Source of the DNA: Ferruginibacter sp.
GTDB lineage: Bacteria > Bacteroidota > Bacteroidia > Chitinophagales > Chitinophagaceae
NCBI GenBank assembly: GCA_031416275.1
Contig: JANOTH010000119.1
Span: 7,676-71,675 of the forward strand
Direction of reading: 5' to 3'
Length of the DNA stretch: 64,000 nucleotides
The notes under the pieces were generated by a model. The model was not told where the DNA came from and did no database searches. It was given only the letters and a program-made list of their open reading frames with translations. The position numbers and the translations under genes were made by a program. The stretch's first letter is position 1. The number at the start of each line of letters is the position of its first letter. This document shows positions 1 through 10,005 of this stretch, one piece after another.

Positions 1-105
1 ACCAAATATCATTTAGAAAAAGATATTCGCTACTGCCTTACGGACGATGTTGCACCTTCGTTGCCGGTCTATGTAGATGGAAAACTGGTGAATGGAATTT
101 CTTAG
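1..105 (+). CDS. 3' end of a CDS truncated by the window edge, probably 2-phosphosulfolactate phosphatase family
   Basis: Frame 1 reads TKYHLEKDIRYCLTDDVAPSLPVYVDGKLVNGIS* with TAG at 103-105, overlapping the stop of the convergent gene. It resembles the C-terminus of Bacteroidota ComB-like proteins from memory only. Confidence 0.5.
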   Translation, partial: TKYHLEKDIRYCLTDDVAPSLPVYVDGKLVNGIS

Positions 106-1751
106 TTTATAAACATTCTCTTTTGCAGCAATGCATCATGCCCGTAAATATCATCTCTAAAATTCAACAATCCATTTTCATCAACCCAAGCTGTATAATA
201 GGTAATTATTACGGGAACTGAATTTTTCAGTTTCACATATTTTTCTTCTCCACTATTCATTGCATCAGCAATTTTATCAGATGGCCATTCAGGCTGTGAG
301 CGCAACAAATATTCGGCAAGTTTTGTAGGCTCACTCAACCTAATACAACCATGGCTGTAGGCTCTTTTATCTTTACTAAAAAGGCTTTTAGCAGGCGTAT
401 CATGAAAATAAATATTAAAACTATTGGGGAATAAAAACTTTACTTTTCCCAAAGAATTTTCCGGGCCAGGCAATTGTCTAATTACGGGCATACCGCCGCT
501 CGTTCCTGTTACCTCCATATTATGAGTAGCCAAGTAATTAGGATTTTTTGCCATTGCAGGCACTATCTCTTCTCTAATAATATCTGGCGTTAAATTCCAA
601 TATGGGCTAAATACAATCTGGCTTAAATCTCCTTTAAACATCATTGTATTATGACCCTCTTTACCCACAACAACGTTCATACTAAAGGCTTTTTGCTTAC
701 CCTCAAAAACCTGCAGTTTAAATTCCGGAATATTTACAAGCAATAAATTCCCTTCAGGCTCAGGCATCCAGCGCATTCTATTTAAGTTAATTAAGATCTG
801 CTCAATTCTTCTTACTGCAGGCACATTCAACTCTTTAACCAATGCCTCATTTATAACACCATCAGCAGTAAGCCCTAAACTTGTTTGGTAATTTACGATC
901 GCCGTTTGCAGTTGGGTATCATACACGTTGGTACTATCTAAGGGAATATCTCCGGTAGCATACAAACGTTTTTTAATTTGTAAAATAGTTGGAGAAGTGG
1001 TGCCACTTTTTAAAGACATTTTTCCTGAAGTTATTGGTTGCCATCCACCTTTTTTTTGCGCATCATAATATACTTGAAGCTTTTGTTTTAAAGATTTGTA
1101 TGCAGCATTATCATCTTCGTAATATTTATTGTCTTTGTGTTTTTTAGTTAAGAGCGAATCTGCATATAACATAGCATCCCTCTTCACTAATGGAATAAAA
1201 CGCTCGAGTTCTTTCCTTTTTACAACTCCATCCTCGTAGTTAGATAATATGTAATTTATAAAATGAGAAGTCAATAAAAACTCGGCATTCAAAATGTTTT
1301 TATCTCCAGTACCAACCTTTAAATTTTCAACAGTTTCTAACCTATCCATTAAACCTGTCAACACCTTATAATTTCCGGTTGTGTCTTTATTTATTGTTGT
1401 GTAGTAACTCTGTAAATTCCAAAAACCCCTTGCCTGCTCAGTTAATCCATCGCTTGCAAACCATGCATATTGGTAATTGCGTGCATTGTAAAAGCTGCGC
1501 ATACGCCTGATAATGCTATCACCTTGTTTGGTATCAACAATAAATTTTTCCATTGCCAAACTATCTAGAAAAATATCGTTGTATGCATTTGCCGCAGTTA
1601 TACTAAAATCTCTTTTAGTAACCTTTTTTTCAAGTTCTGATTTTGAAGTTTTTGATTCTTCATTGCTTTCTGTTTTGTTGGTTTTATCAGTACTGCTTTG
1701 GCAGCTAAATAATGAAACTACGACAATGGCAGATAGGAGAATTTTTTTCAT
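102..1751 (-). CDS. L,D-transpeptidase (YcbB/LdtD-like scaffold + peptidoglycan-binding + YkuD domain), lipoprotein
   Basis: 549 aa; lipobox-like SLFSC; RRMRSFYNARNYQYAW scaffold; PG-binding segment (IKKRLYATGD...YQTSLGLTADGVI); catalytic IYFHDTP...SHGCIRL. Confidence 0.92.
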   Translation of the reverse strand: MKKILLSAIVVVSLFSCQSSTDKTNKTESNEESKTSKSELEKKVTKRDFSITAANAYNDIFLDSLAMEKFIVDTKQGDSIIRRMRSFYNARNYQYAWFASDGLTEQARGFWNLQSYYTTINKDTTGNYKVLTGLMDRLETVENLKVGTGDKNILNAEFLLTSHFINYILSNYEDGVVKRKELERFIPLVKRDAMLYADSLLTKKHKDNKYYEDDNAAYKSLKQKLQVYYDAQKKGGWQPITSGKMSLKSGTTSPTILQIKKRLYATGDIPLDSTNVYDTQLQTAIVNYQTSLGLTADGVINEALVKELNVPAVRRIEQILINLNRMRWMPEPEGNLLLVNIPEFKLQVFEGKQKAFSMNVVVGKEGHNTMMFKGDLSQIVFSPYWNLTPDIIREEIVPAMAKNPNYLATHNMEVTGTSGGMPVIRQLPGPENSLGKVKFLFPNSFNIYFHDTPAKSLFSKDKRAYSHGCIRLSEPTKLAEYLLRSQPEWPSDKIADAMNSGEEKYVKLKNSVPVIITYYTAWVDENGLLNFRDDIYGHDALLQKRMFIN

Positions 1752-1766
1752 ATTGAATTACACGGT

Positions 1767-1782
1767 TACAAATTGTATGCCT
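1767..1782 (-). promoter_or_regulatory. Putative sigma54 -24/-12 promoter of the L,D-transpeptidase
   Basis: Minus strand AGGCATA-CAAT-TTGTA (GG-N10-GT), 15 nt upstream of the ATG at 1751; compare the canonical TGGCACG-N4-TTGCW. Confidence 0.55.
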
Positions 1783-1966
1783 TAATACAAATTGAATTAA
1801 TTGGCTAACGGTAGTAGAAAATATTATATTCTTAAAACACACTTAACCCTCGATACTTTGTGGAGAAACTTTCCCTTCGTACCTTGCACAATGCGGTCTG
1901 TAAATGCCATTTTATTTACTAACAAACGATCGTTTATAATTTCAACACACATAAACTAATTTTCTT

Positions 1967-4900
1967 TTGGCATTACCACATCTAATTAAGCATATTTACA
2001 ACAACGGTACAGATGAAGTTATTCGCCGTGGAAAAAAAATTCAGTCACTCAATTTTGTAGAACTTGTAGAGCATGATGAACTGATGAGCAACATTGTTTT
2101 TAGGGTGAAGGATGATGTGTACAGCACTTTTTATAAAGTATACATTGAAAAATACAGCGATGCAAAAGCAATGAACTTGCGTTGCAGTTGTCCATATAAT
2201 ATTGGAGATATATGTCGCCACGAAGCCGCAGGGTTACTGCGTTTGCAGGATATGGTTGATAAAAATTTGTTGCATAGCAGTGCTATACAATATAACCAAA
2301 TGCACTCTGTTGCAAAGATGAAAAACATCGATCTTAAAATGATAAAGATGCTTTCATCTCCTTCTATTTTTCATGAGGCGGAGGAACTGATGCAAACAGC
2401 AAAGGCAACTATTTTAAAAGCGGCAGATGAAAGAGTAGAAGCAGAACTAATGATTAAGGGAGAAAAGTATCCGCTTGTAATTCAAAAAAATGATGAGCGC
2501 AATTTTGATACATCGTGCATGTGTAGTGAAGCTATGCACCCATTGTGCGAACATAAAGTTTTATTATTTGTGCAGCTATTGCACAGCTATGGGGCTGATT
2601 ATTTTGATAGTATTCGCAACCGAGATAAGGAAAAAAATAAATTGTTACAAATATATGGTTACAGTTTATCTGACGACCTTACCGGTAAGTTTGAATTTAC
2701 ATACAAAGACAGTAAGCCTTTTTTAAAGGTATTAGATACTTCTATCAAAAGAGTGGTTGCTGCTTCGCCTTCACCTATTCCAACTTATCGCACAGCACCG
2801 GCTTTTGTACCAATTGCAAATGTGCCGCAGCAGGAAAAAGAAGTAGCTACATTAAAACGCATGCGGTTAGGGCTAGTGTTTAATTTTAATTCAAAAAATT
2901 ATCCTGGCTTCACGGTAGATGCCATACAAGGTGAGCCCGATGAAGACAATAAAAAGTATTTGGGCAAAACAGAAGCCATTGATCTTACAAAGTTTGTAGA
3001 TACATCAGATTTTTCTGAAGATGACAAATCGCTTTTTCAACAGGTAAGAAAACTGCAGGAAAATGAAATAAACAAATACCTAAACCGTAACTCTCCGTTT
3101 AGCGGTATTTGGGAAAATATTATTCATACCGATGGTGATGACTTGCCCGAAGAAACAAAGCAGTTAATCACCGAATACCTTCACCCAAAACTGCGAAAGA
3201 TATTTGATGACCAGTGCAACAATCCTTTTGTATTCATATTACCGTCTTCTAAAAAATTAAAAACGGTCAATTTGCAAGAGCTGGAATTGAGCGATCAATT
3301 TTTATCTCCGGTATTTAAAGTTGCTGCTAAAAAAAGCCAGTTCGAAATTTCGTGTATGGTTAAAATTGGCGGTGAACCTGTGGCATTTACAGAAAACAAA
3401 TCTGGCAACAGCCTTGTTTTTTTGTTTGAAGATGTAATGTACACCTGGCAAAAAACCGAGGATGTAATGCAGGCGGAGAAATTTATAAGAGAGGGAAATA
3501 TTGCATTAAGCAAAACCAACTGGGCAGAAAAAATGGAAAACATTATTCTTCCACTAACAAAAGAGTACGAAGTAGAGTTTGATAAATCGTTGGTGAAAGA
3601 AGTAAAAGTTTCGGTGCCTGATATAAAATTAATGTTGCAGGAGCGTGGTGAGTATTTGCTTTTTCAACCCGTATTTTCTTACAAAGGTTTTGAAACAAAA
3701 GCCGGCGATAAGGAAATATTGATAATACCTGATGGCGACAAAATTTTACAGATATACCGCAATAAAGATGCAGAAGATATTTTTATGGCTAAGCTGGAAA
3801 GCCTCCACTCGGGCTTTATTGCAAAGCAGGAAACTGGCAGCCTTGTATTAAAAGGGGCTGATGTGTTGCGCAACAACTGGTTCTTTCTTTTTGTAGATGC
3901 TATGAAGGAAATGAAAATACCTGTTTTTGGTTTTGAAGCCTTAAAAAACTTTAGGTTTAACACCGCACGACCGAATACAAATATTCATGTAAGCAGCGGA
4001 CAAGATTGGTTTGATGCGAAGGTAGAAATTGAATTTGGCGAGCAGCGTGTGGGTATTGCAGATATTAAACAGGCATTGGCAGATAAGCGATCGTTTGTAC
4101 AATTAGGAGATGGTACATTGGGAATATTGCCCGATGAATGGTTAAAAAAATATTCACTGTTGTTTAAGGTAGGTGATGGTAGAAGCGACAAACTTCGCCT
4201 GAGCAAATACCACATGAGTGTGATAGACGACTTGTATGAAAATAGAAACGAAGAGGAAATGAGTTTTGCGCTAGATGAAAAATATGAGCGCCTTAGAGAA
4301 TATAAAAACATACCAGAAATAGAAGCGCCGCACCAGCTTGAGCCAATTTTACGACCATATCAATTGGCAGGTTACCGTTGGTTAAGTTATTTAAATGATG
4401 TAGGCTGGGGAGGAATTTTGGCAGATGATATGGGACTTGGTAAAACTGTACAGGCACTCACCATGCTCGATCATTATAAACATACCAACGAATCATTAAT
4501 TGCCATTGTTGTATGCCCAACAACGCTTATTTACAACTGGCAAAATGAAATTAAAAAGTTCACGCCATCGCTTGTAGCACATGTACACCATGGTAGTACC
4601 CGCAGTAGGAATGTAGAAGAGCTTAAAGCGGCTAACATCATCATAACCACTTATGGTACTTTGCGAAGCGATATACAATTGTTTTTAAAAATACATTTCG
4701 ATTATGTGGTGTTGGATGAGAGCCAGGCAATAAAAAATCCATCATCGAAAGTTACCAAAGCAGCATCGTTGTTAAATGCTACCAACCGTGTTTGTATGAG
4801 CGGTACACCTTTGCAAAATAATACGTTTGATATTTATGCGCAAATGAACTTCTTAAACCCGGGTTTACTTGGCAGCATGGAATTTTTTAGAAATGAATTT

Positions 4901-5737
4901 GCTAACCCAATTGATAAATTTGGTGAACAGGAGCAGAAAGAACATTTGCGCAAACTGTTGTATCCGTTTATTCTACGCCGCACAAAAGAGCAGGTGGCAA
5001 AAGATCTTCCTGAAAAAACAGAGCAGATTCTTTTCTGTGAAATGGAAAAGGAGCAACGTAAAATTTACGATGCTTACCGCAACAGTTACAGAGATAAAAT
5101 CCTTGGCACAATTGAAGAGCAGGGAATACAGAAATCGCAGCTTACAATTTTGCAGGGATTAATGAAACTGCGCCAAATTTGTGATAGCCCGGCTATTTTA
5201 AATGAAGAAGATAAATTCCCTAATCATTCAATAAAACTCGATGAACTTACAAGAGAGATTTTAGAAAATATTGGTGACCACAAAGCATTGGTGTTTTCAC
5301 AATTCTTGGGAATGTTGGCGCTCATAAAACAAAAGCTAACCGAAAATAATATTCCGTTTGAATATTTTGATGGAAGTACTTCGGCACCTGACAGAGAAAA
5401 AGCTATACAGAATTTTCAAAATAATGATGAGTGCCGAGTATTCTTGATTTCGCTAAAAGCCGGTGGTGTAGGGCTTAACCTTACGGCAGCAGATTATGTA
5501 TATATAGTTGATCCTTGGTGGAACCCGGCAGTGGAGCAACAGGCTATTGATAGAACACATAGGATTGGTCAGACGAAAAACATTTTTGCTTATCGAATGA
5601 TTTGTATTGATACTATTGAAGATAAAATATTGCAGTTGCAGGAACGCAAAAAAATACTTGCGAAAGAATTAATTGCAGACGATGCCAATTTTGTAAAGGC
5701 ATTGAGCAAGTCAGATGTTGAGTATCTATTCTCATAA
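1967..5737 (+). CDS. SWIM zinc-finger SNF2-family helicase/ATPase
   Basis: 1256 aa, TTG start; two SWIM-like motifs (CSCPYNIGDICRH; CMCSEAMHPLCEH); ILADDMGLGKT, LDESQAIKN, SGTPLQN, FILRRTK, SLKAGGVGLNL, QAIDRTHRIGQ. Confidence 0.95.
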   Translation: MALPHLIKHIYNNGTDEVIRRGKKIQSLNFVELVEHDELMSNIVFRVKDDVYSTFYKVYIEKYSDAKAMNLRCSCPYNIGDICRHEAAGLLRLQDMVDKNLLHSSAIQYNQMHSVAKMKNIDLKMIKMLSSPSIFHEAEELMQTAKATILKAADERVEAELMIKGEKYPLVIQKNDERNFDTSCMCSEAMHPLCEHKVLLFVQLLHSYGADYFDSIRNRDKEKNKLLQIYGYSLSDDLTGKFEFTYKDSKPFLKVLDTSIKRVVAASPSPIPTYRTAPAFVPIANVPQQEKEVATLKRMRLGLVFNFNSKNYPGFTVDAIQGEPDEDNKKYLGKTEAIDLTKFVDTSDFSEDDKSLFQQVRKLQENEINKYLNRNSPFSGIWENIIHTDGDDLPEETKQLITEYLHPKLRKIFDDQCNNPFVFILPSSKKLKTVNLQELELSDQFLSPVFKVAAKKSQFEISCMVKIGGEPVAFTENKSGNSLVFLFEDVMYTWQKTEDVMQAEKFIREGNIALSKTNWAEKMENIILPLTKEYEVEFDKSLVKEVKVSVPDIKLMLQERGEYLLFQPVFSYKGFETKAGDKEILIIPDGDKILQIYRNKDAEDIFMAKLESLHSGFIAKQETGSLVLKGADVLRNNWFFLFVDAMKEMKIPVFGFEALKNFRFNTARPNTNIHVSSGQDWFDAKVEIEFGEQRVGIADIKQALADKRSFVQLGDGTLGILPDEWLKKYSLLFKVGDGRSDKLRLSKYHMSVIDDLYENRNEEEMSFALDEKYERLREYKNIPEIEAPHQLEPILRPYQLAGYRWLSYLNDVGWGGILADDMGLGKTVQALTMLDHYKHTNESLIAIVVCPTTLIYNWQNEIKKFTPSLVAHVHHGSTRSRNVEELKAANIIITTYGTLRSDIQLFLKIHFDYVVLDESQAIKNPSSKVTKAASLLNATNRVCMSGTPLQNNTFDIYAQMNFLNPGLLGSMEFFRNEFANPIDKFGEQEQKEHLRKLLYPFILRRTKEQVAKDLPEKTEQILFCEMEKEQRKIYDAYRNSYRDKILGTIEEQGIQKSQLTILQGLMKLRQICDSPAILNEEDKFPNHSIKLDELTREILENIGDHKALVFSQFLGMLALIKQKLTENNIPFEYFDGSTSAPDREKAIQNFQNNDECRVFLISLKAGGVGLNLTAADYVYIVDPWWNPAVEQQAIDRTHRIGQTKNIFAYRMICIDTIEDKILQLQERKKILAKELIADDANFVKALSKSDVEYLFS

Positions 5738-5823
5738 GGTAAGCAACTCGTTGCCAAAGAATTAACGTGTAAGGATTAACACCAGTTTCTTAAAGCAGCT
5801 TTCCGATTTAGCGGTTAATGTTT

Positions 5824-5859
5824 CTTTGTGGGTATTCGTGGCTTTGTGCCTTTGTGGTT
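5824..5859. repeat. Short degenerate octamer tandem repeat (CTTTGTGS)
   Basis: CTTTGTGG-GT-ATTCGTGG-CTTTGTGC-CTTTGTGG in the intergenic region between the helicase and adk. Confidence 0.6.
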
Positions 5860-5980
5860 CAACCTATATTGGCGTAAATCAATTTCAATTTTAAAATATT
5901 TTCTATCGAAATTTCTCATCCTTCGCAAAAAATATATTTTACCTTATCTTTACCCACATCGTAAAATTTTACTAAGGCTT

Positions 5981-6556
5981 ATGTTTAATTTAATACTTTT
6001 TGGTCCTCCAGGTAGTGGAAAAGGTACGCAAAGTGAAAAAATAATAGAGAAATACCATCTCGTTCATTTAAGCACGGGAGATTTACTGCGTTCTCAAATT
6101 GCCCAGCAAACCGCTTTAGGCTTAGAAGCAAAAAAGTTGATGGATAAAGGCCAATTGGTACCCGATGAAGTTGTTGTAGGAATGATAAGTACAGCTTTGG
6201 AAGAAAACCCACAGGCTAAAGGGTTTTTGTTTGATGGGTTCCCTCGAACCGCTGCGCAGGCTGAGGCACTAGATAGTTTGTTGGAATTAAAAAAGACGCC
6301 GGTTAGGGTTATGTTGGCCCTTGATGTAACAGAAGATGAATTGATAAAGCGTATTTTAAAAAGAGGACAATCAAGCGGCAGAAGCGATGATGCCGATGAA
6401 GCAATTATAGCAGAAAGAGTTGCAGAATATAAAAATAAAACAGAAGCAGTGGCCGATTATTATCGCAAAGAAGATAAAGTTGTAATGGTGCCGGGAGAAG
6501 GCAGCATCAATGAAATTTTTGAGAGGTTATGTGTGGAAATAGAAAAAAGAATGTAG
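5981..6556 (+). CDS. adk: Adenylate kinase (short-LID type)
   Basis: P-loop GPPGSGKGTQ, STGDLLR, GQLVPDE, FDGFPRT. Start reassigned from GTG 5828 to ATG 5981 (MFNLILFG), where the kinase fold begins. Confidence 0.97.
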   Translation: MFNLILFGPPGSGKGTQSEKIIEKYHLVHLSTGDLLRSQIAQQTALGLEAKKLMDKGQLVPDEVVVGMISTALEENPQAKGFLFDGFPRTAAQAEALDSLLELKKTPVRVMLALDVTEDELIKRILKRGQSSGRSDDADEAIIAERVAEYKNKTEAVADYYRKEDKVVMVPGEGSINEIFERLCVEIEKRM

Positions 6557-6575
6557 TGGAAGTGTAAAATATTTT

Positions 6576-6620
6576 AAAATGCCTTGTAAGTCTTAATGAG
6601 CTTATGAGGCATTTTTATTT
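6576..6620 (+). terminator. Intrinsic terminator after adk, probably bidirectional
   Basis: AAAATGCCTTGTAAG-loop-CTTATGAGGCATTTT followed by T-rich sequence, between convergent genes. Confidence 0.75.
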
Positions 6621-6699
6621 GACGCCAAGAGATGACATTTACTAAAAGATTCCATCTCTGCAAGTATTTTATTTGTACGCCAATAATTATTTACATAAG

Positions 6700-7188
6700 T
6701 CAATATTCATTTCGCTCCATTAAAAATTCGCCGCTGGTTATATTGATAATTTGTCCCGATATGGTATCGATAGCATTAAAAGAAAAAGTACCTTTTAAGG
6801 TTTTCCTTAAATATGTGGTGGATTGAAAATTGCCTTTTTCAATGCTAACACTTCCTTTTTGGGCGATGGAAGTACGATATTTTTTTAAACTATTTTCTTC
6901 GTACCAGGCTCGATTTTTATTGTCAAGCTGATAGGTTCCATTTGCTATATTTCCTTTCATAAAAAACCCTGATCTTGCATCACAACCCACAGAGATTAAC
7001 AATACGCTGTCACCTTCTACTGAACAAGAAAATTCGCCACCACCTCCTGCAAAAAATCCACAAGTTCCTAATGATTCTTTTTTACCATTAACCTTAAGTT
7101 TAAAATATGGTTCAAAAATATTACTCGTTTCTTTTTTACATGAACTTATCAGTACTAAAGTAGACAGCATAAAAAATAAATGTTTCAT
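6700..7188 (-). CDS. Hypothetical lipoprotein
   Basis: 162 aa; signal peptide ending LISSC followed by KKE; beta-rich mature region. Confidence 0.75.
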   Translation of the reverse strand: MKHLFFMLSTLVLISSCKKETSNIFEPYFKLKVNGKKESLGTCGFFAGGGGEFSCSVEGDSVLLISVGCDARSGFFMKGNIANGTYQLDNKNRAWYEENSLKKYRTSIAQKGSVSIEKGNFQSTTYLRKTLKGTFSFNAIDTISGQIINITSGEFLMERNEY

Positions 7189-7245
7189 TAGAGGTGGATT
7201 TTGTTTTTAAAAACATCCTTTTTAAATATGAGTTAATCCCAAAAA

Positions 7246-7524
7246 TTATTTAAAAAGTATAATTAAGGACACAGCAGAAATTAAAATGCTAAGTAAATAA
7301 TACGATTTTAAGGAAAAACTGTTTTTAAAAAGCCCCCATATTGCAATTAAAGGCAAAATAAAAACCGCAGCTATAATAAAAAGCCATAGCAATTCAAACA
7401 CGGCACCTACAAAAGCATATCTGTAAATATCTATTGACCAAAATATTATGACCAACAGCAAGGTTAAAATGCTTAATCCCAAAACAAGTTTGCTTTGCTT
7501 ACTATTAGTGGATAATTGAACCAT
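7246..7524 (-). CDS. Small hypothetical membrane protein (about 3 TM)
   Basis: 92 aa, three hydrophobic stretches; co-oriented with and only a few nt from the Kazal gene. Confidence 0.7.
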   Translation of the reverse strand: MVQLSTNSKQSKLVLGLSILTLLLVIIFWSIDIYRYAFVGAVFELLWLFIIAAVFILPLIAIWGLFKNSFSLKSYYLLSILISAVSLIILFK

Positions 7525-7530
7525 AAAAAA

Positions 7531-7761
7531 TTATTTATTGCATTCGCCTTCCACCCAGGTTTTCACCCCTGCGCATGCAGCCACACAGGCATTGCTGTAA
7601 GTTTTACCATCACAGCCACAAACAGGTTTGTAATCCATAGTGCACATACAATCTGTTTTTACAATACCGATGCAATCTGCTGGCTTCGCCGTTCTACACG
7701 AAGTAAAAAATACAATACCCAAAAGGAAAATCGTGAAAAAATTTTTCTTATTCATATCCAA
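7531..7761 (-). CDS. Kazal-type serine protease inhibitor domain lipoprotein
   Basis: Lipobox FFTSC; Kazal signature C-x7-C-x-CTMDYKPVCGCDGKTYSNACVAAC...EC. Confidence 0.9.
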   Translation of the reverse strand: MDMNKKNFFTIFLLGIVFFTSCRTAKPADCIGIVKTDCMCTMDYKPVCGCDGKTYSNACVAACAGVKTWVEGECNK

Positions 7762-7857
7762 AAAATTAAATGCTCTTTAAAATTACTTTATAAATATTAC
7801 CCTTAGCAAAAAGTGCTTTTATATTTTTATTACAATGACCTGCCATAAATTTGTAAC

Positions 7858-9939
7858 ATGCAAAAATTGGGAAATTACGTTACCGGCAAATGGATAGAAG
7901 GAGATGGAGAAGGTGCAGCATTGTACAACGCTGTGAGCGGCGCTGTTATTACAAATGCAACTTCAAAAGGATTGGATTTTGAGGCTGTTTTAAAATATGC
8001 CAGAGAAAAAGGTAACCCTACCCTCCGTAAAATGACTTTTCAGGAAAGGGGAAGAATGTTGCGTGCGCTTGCACTACATCTGCTTAAACACAAAGAAACT
8101 TTTTATAACATCAGCTATCAAAGCGGTGCAACAAGGGTTGACAGTTGGATAGATATTGAAGGTGGCATAGGAAATCTTTTTAGCAATGCAACACTTCGTA
8201 GAAAATTGCCCGATGAATCCTTTTGTTTAGACGGTGATTCTATCAACCTAAGCAAAGAAAATACCTTTATGGGTCACCATATTTTGGTACCAAAAGAAGG
8301 TGTTGCAGTTCATATAAATGCTTACAACTTTCCTGTGTGGGGCATGTTAGAAAAAATTGCCTGCAACTTATTGGCAGGAATGCCTGCAGTGGTAAAACCT
8401 GCAACTGTTACGTCTTATCTTACCGAAGCAGTTGTGAGAGAAATTATTGCCTCTAAGATTTTACCCGAAGGTGCGCTACAACTTATTTGCGGCAGCGCAG
8501 GCAATATGTTAGATTATGTAAACTCGCAGGATGTAGTAACGTTTACAGGTTCTGCTGAAACGGGTTTAAAATTAAAATCGCACCAAAATATTTTAAAAGA
8601 AAGTGTTCCATTTAACATGGAGGCTGATTCTCTAAACTGCATTGTTTTAGGAACTGATGTTGAGCCCGGCATGCCTGAGTGGGATATTTTTATTAAAGAG
8701 ATTAAAAAAGAAATGACGGTAAAAGCCGGGCAAAAATGTACCGGTATCCGAAGAATATTTGTACCCGAAAATAAAATGGAAGCTGTGCAAAAAGCTATTG
8801 CCTCCGCATTGGCTTCAACTGCTATTGGCAATCCGTTAAACGAAAAAGTACGCATGGGTGCATTGGCCGGGCAAAATCAGCGGGACGATGTACGCAGCCA
8901 AGTGCAAAAAATTCTTGCATCATCACAAATAATTTACGGCTCATTGGATAGTGTAGCCGTGATAGATGCCGATGAAAAAGCGGGTGCATTTTTAAGCCCG
9001 ATTTTATTATTAAACACAACACCGTTTGCAAGTGAGGAGCCACACAATATAGAAGCCTTTGGGCCCGTTAGTACATTGATGCCTTACACAGACATTTATG
9101 ATGCCATTGCTTTAAGTAAAAAAGGAAAAGGTAGTTTGTGTTCATCTATTGTAACCGCAGATGCTAAAATTGCAAAACAGTATGTAATTGGTGCGGCTAC
9201 ACATCATGGTAGAATTTTGGTGCTTAATGCAGCATGTGCCAAAGAAAGTACTGGGCATGGTTCACCATTGCCTTCGCTTGTACATGGTGGGCCTGGTCGT
9301 GCAGGTGGTGGTGAAGAAATGGGTGGCATGCGTGGTGTAAAACATTACCTGCAACGCACAGCCATACAGGGTTCGCCCGATATGATTACGGCTATCAGCA
9401 ATGTTTTTCAACCAAATGCAACGGGGAATATTGAAGCAATACATCCGTTTAAAAAATATTTTGAGGAGCTACATATTGGCGATCAACTCATCAGCGAAAA
9501 ACGTTTAATAACAGCAGAAGATATTGATGCATTTGCAGAACTAACGGGAGATCATTTTTATGCGCACAAAAAAGAAACAGATTTTGCAGGAACCATGTTT
9601 ACTGAACAGGTTGCCCACGGTTATTTTTTAAACAGCGCCTCTGCAGGTTTGTTTGTAGCAAGTTTTGAAAAAAACCCAGTTCTTTTAAATTATGGTATAG
9701 ATGATATGCGTTTTGTAAAACCGGTTTATGCAGGTACTTCTATTTACATTCGTTTTACCTGTAAAGAAAAAATTGCGCAGGAATTAAAAGATGTAAATCC
9801 TGATGTACCCTTTGTGCAAGGGCAAGATATACCGAAGGGAATTGTAAAATGGTTTGTAGAAATTTTGGATGGAACCGATGAAACAGTTGGTGTAGGAACA
9901 ATTTTAACCATGGTAAAAATGAAAAATAAAATTGATTGA
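7858..9939 (+). CDS. paaZ: Bifunctional aldehyde dehydrogenase/MaoC-type hydratase PaaZ
   Basis: 693 aa; HINAYNFPVWG, FTGSAETG, MEADSLN (Glu), GQKCT (Cys), EAFGPV; C-terminal hotdog domain with GDHFYAH. Confidence 0.93.
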   Translation: MQKLGNYVTGKWIEGDGEGAALYNAVSGAVITNATSKGLDFEAVLKYAREKGNPTLRKMTFQERGRMLRALALHLLKHKETFYNISYQSGATRVDSWIDIEGGIGNLFSNATLRRKLPDESFCLDGDSINLSKENTFMGHHILVPKEGVAVHINAYNFPVWGMLEKIACNLLAGMPAVVKPATVTSYLTEAVVREIIASKILPEGALQLICGSAGNMLDYVNSQDVVTFTGSAETGLKLKSHQNILKESVPFNMEADSLNCIVLGTDVEPGMPEWDIFIKEIKKEMTVKAGQKCTGIRRIFVPENKMEAVQKAIASALASTAIGNPLNEKVRMGALAGQNQRDDVRSQVQKILASSQIIYGSLDSVAVIDADEKAGAFLSPILLLNTTPFASEEPHNIEAFGPVSTLMPYTDIYDAIALSKKGKGSLCSSIVTADAKIAKQYVIGAATHHGRILVLNAACAKESTGHGSPLPSLVHGGPGRAGGGEEMGGMRGVKHYLQRTAIQGSPDMITAISNVFQPNATGNIEAIHPFKKYFEELHIGDQLISEKRLITAEDIDAFAELTGDHFYAHKKETDFAGTMFTEQVAHGYFLNSASAGLFVASFEKNPVLLNYGIDDMRFVKPVYAGTSIYIRFTCKEKIAQELKDVNPDVPFVQGQDIPKGIVKWFVEILDGTDETVGVGTILTMVKMKNKID

Positions 9940-10005
9940 TGCTGATAGGATAATTGTAAAAACTTTTACATTTTGATGTAGAAATAATAATAAAAAAATA
10001 TAAAC

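Noticed and set aside
5828-5980. 51-aa N-terminal extension of adk in the ORF track
   Set aside because: It runs through a repeat and promoter-like sequence; the kinase fold starts at ATG 5981.
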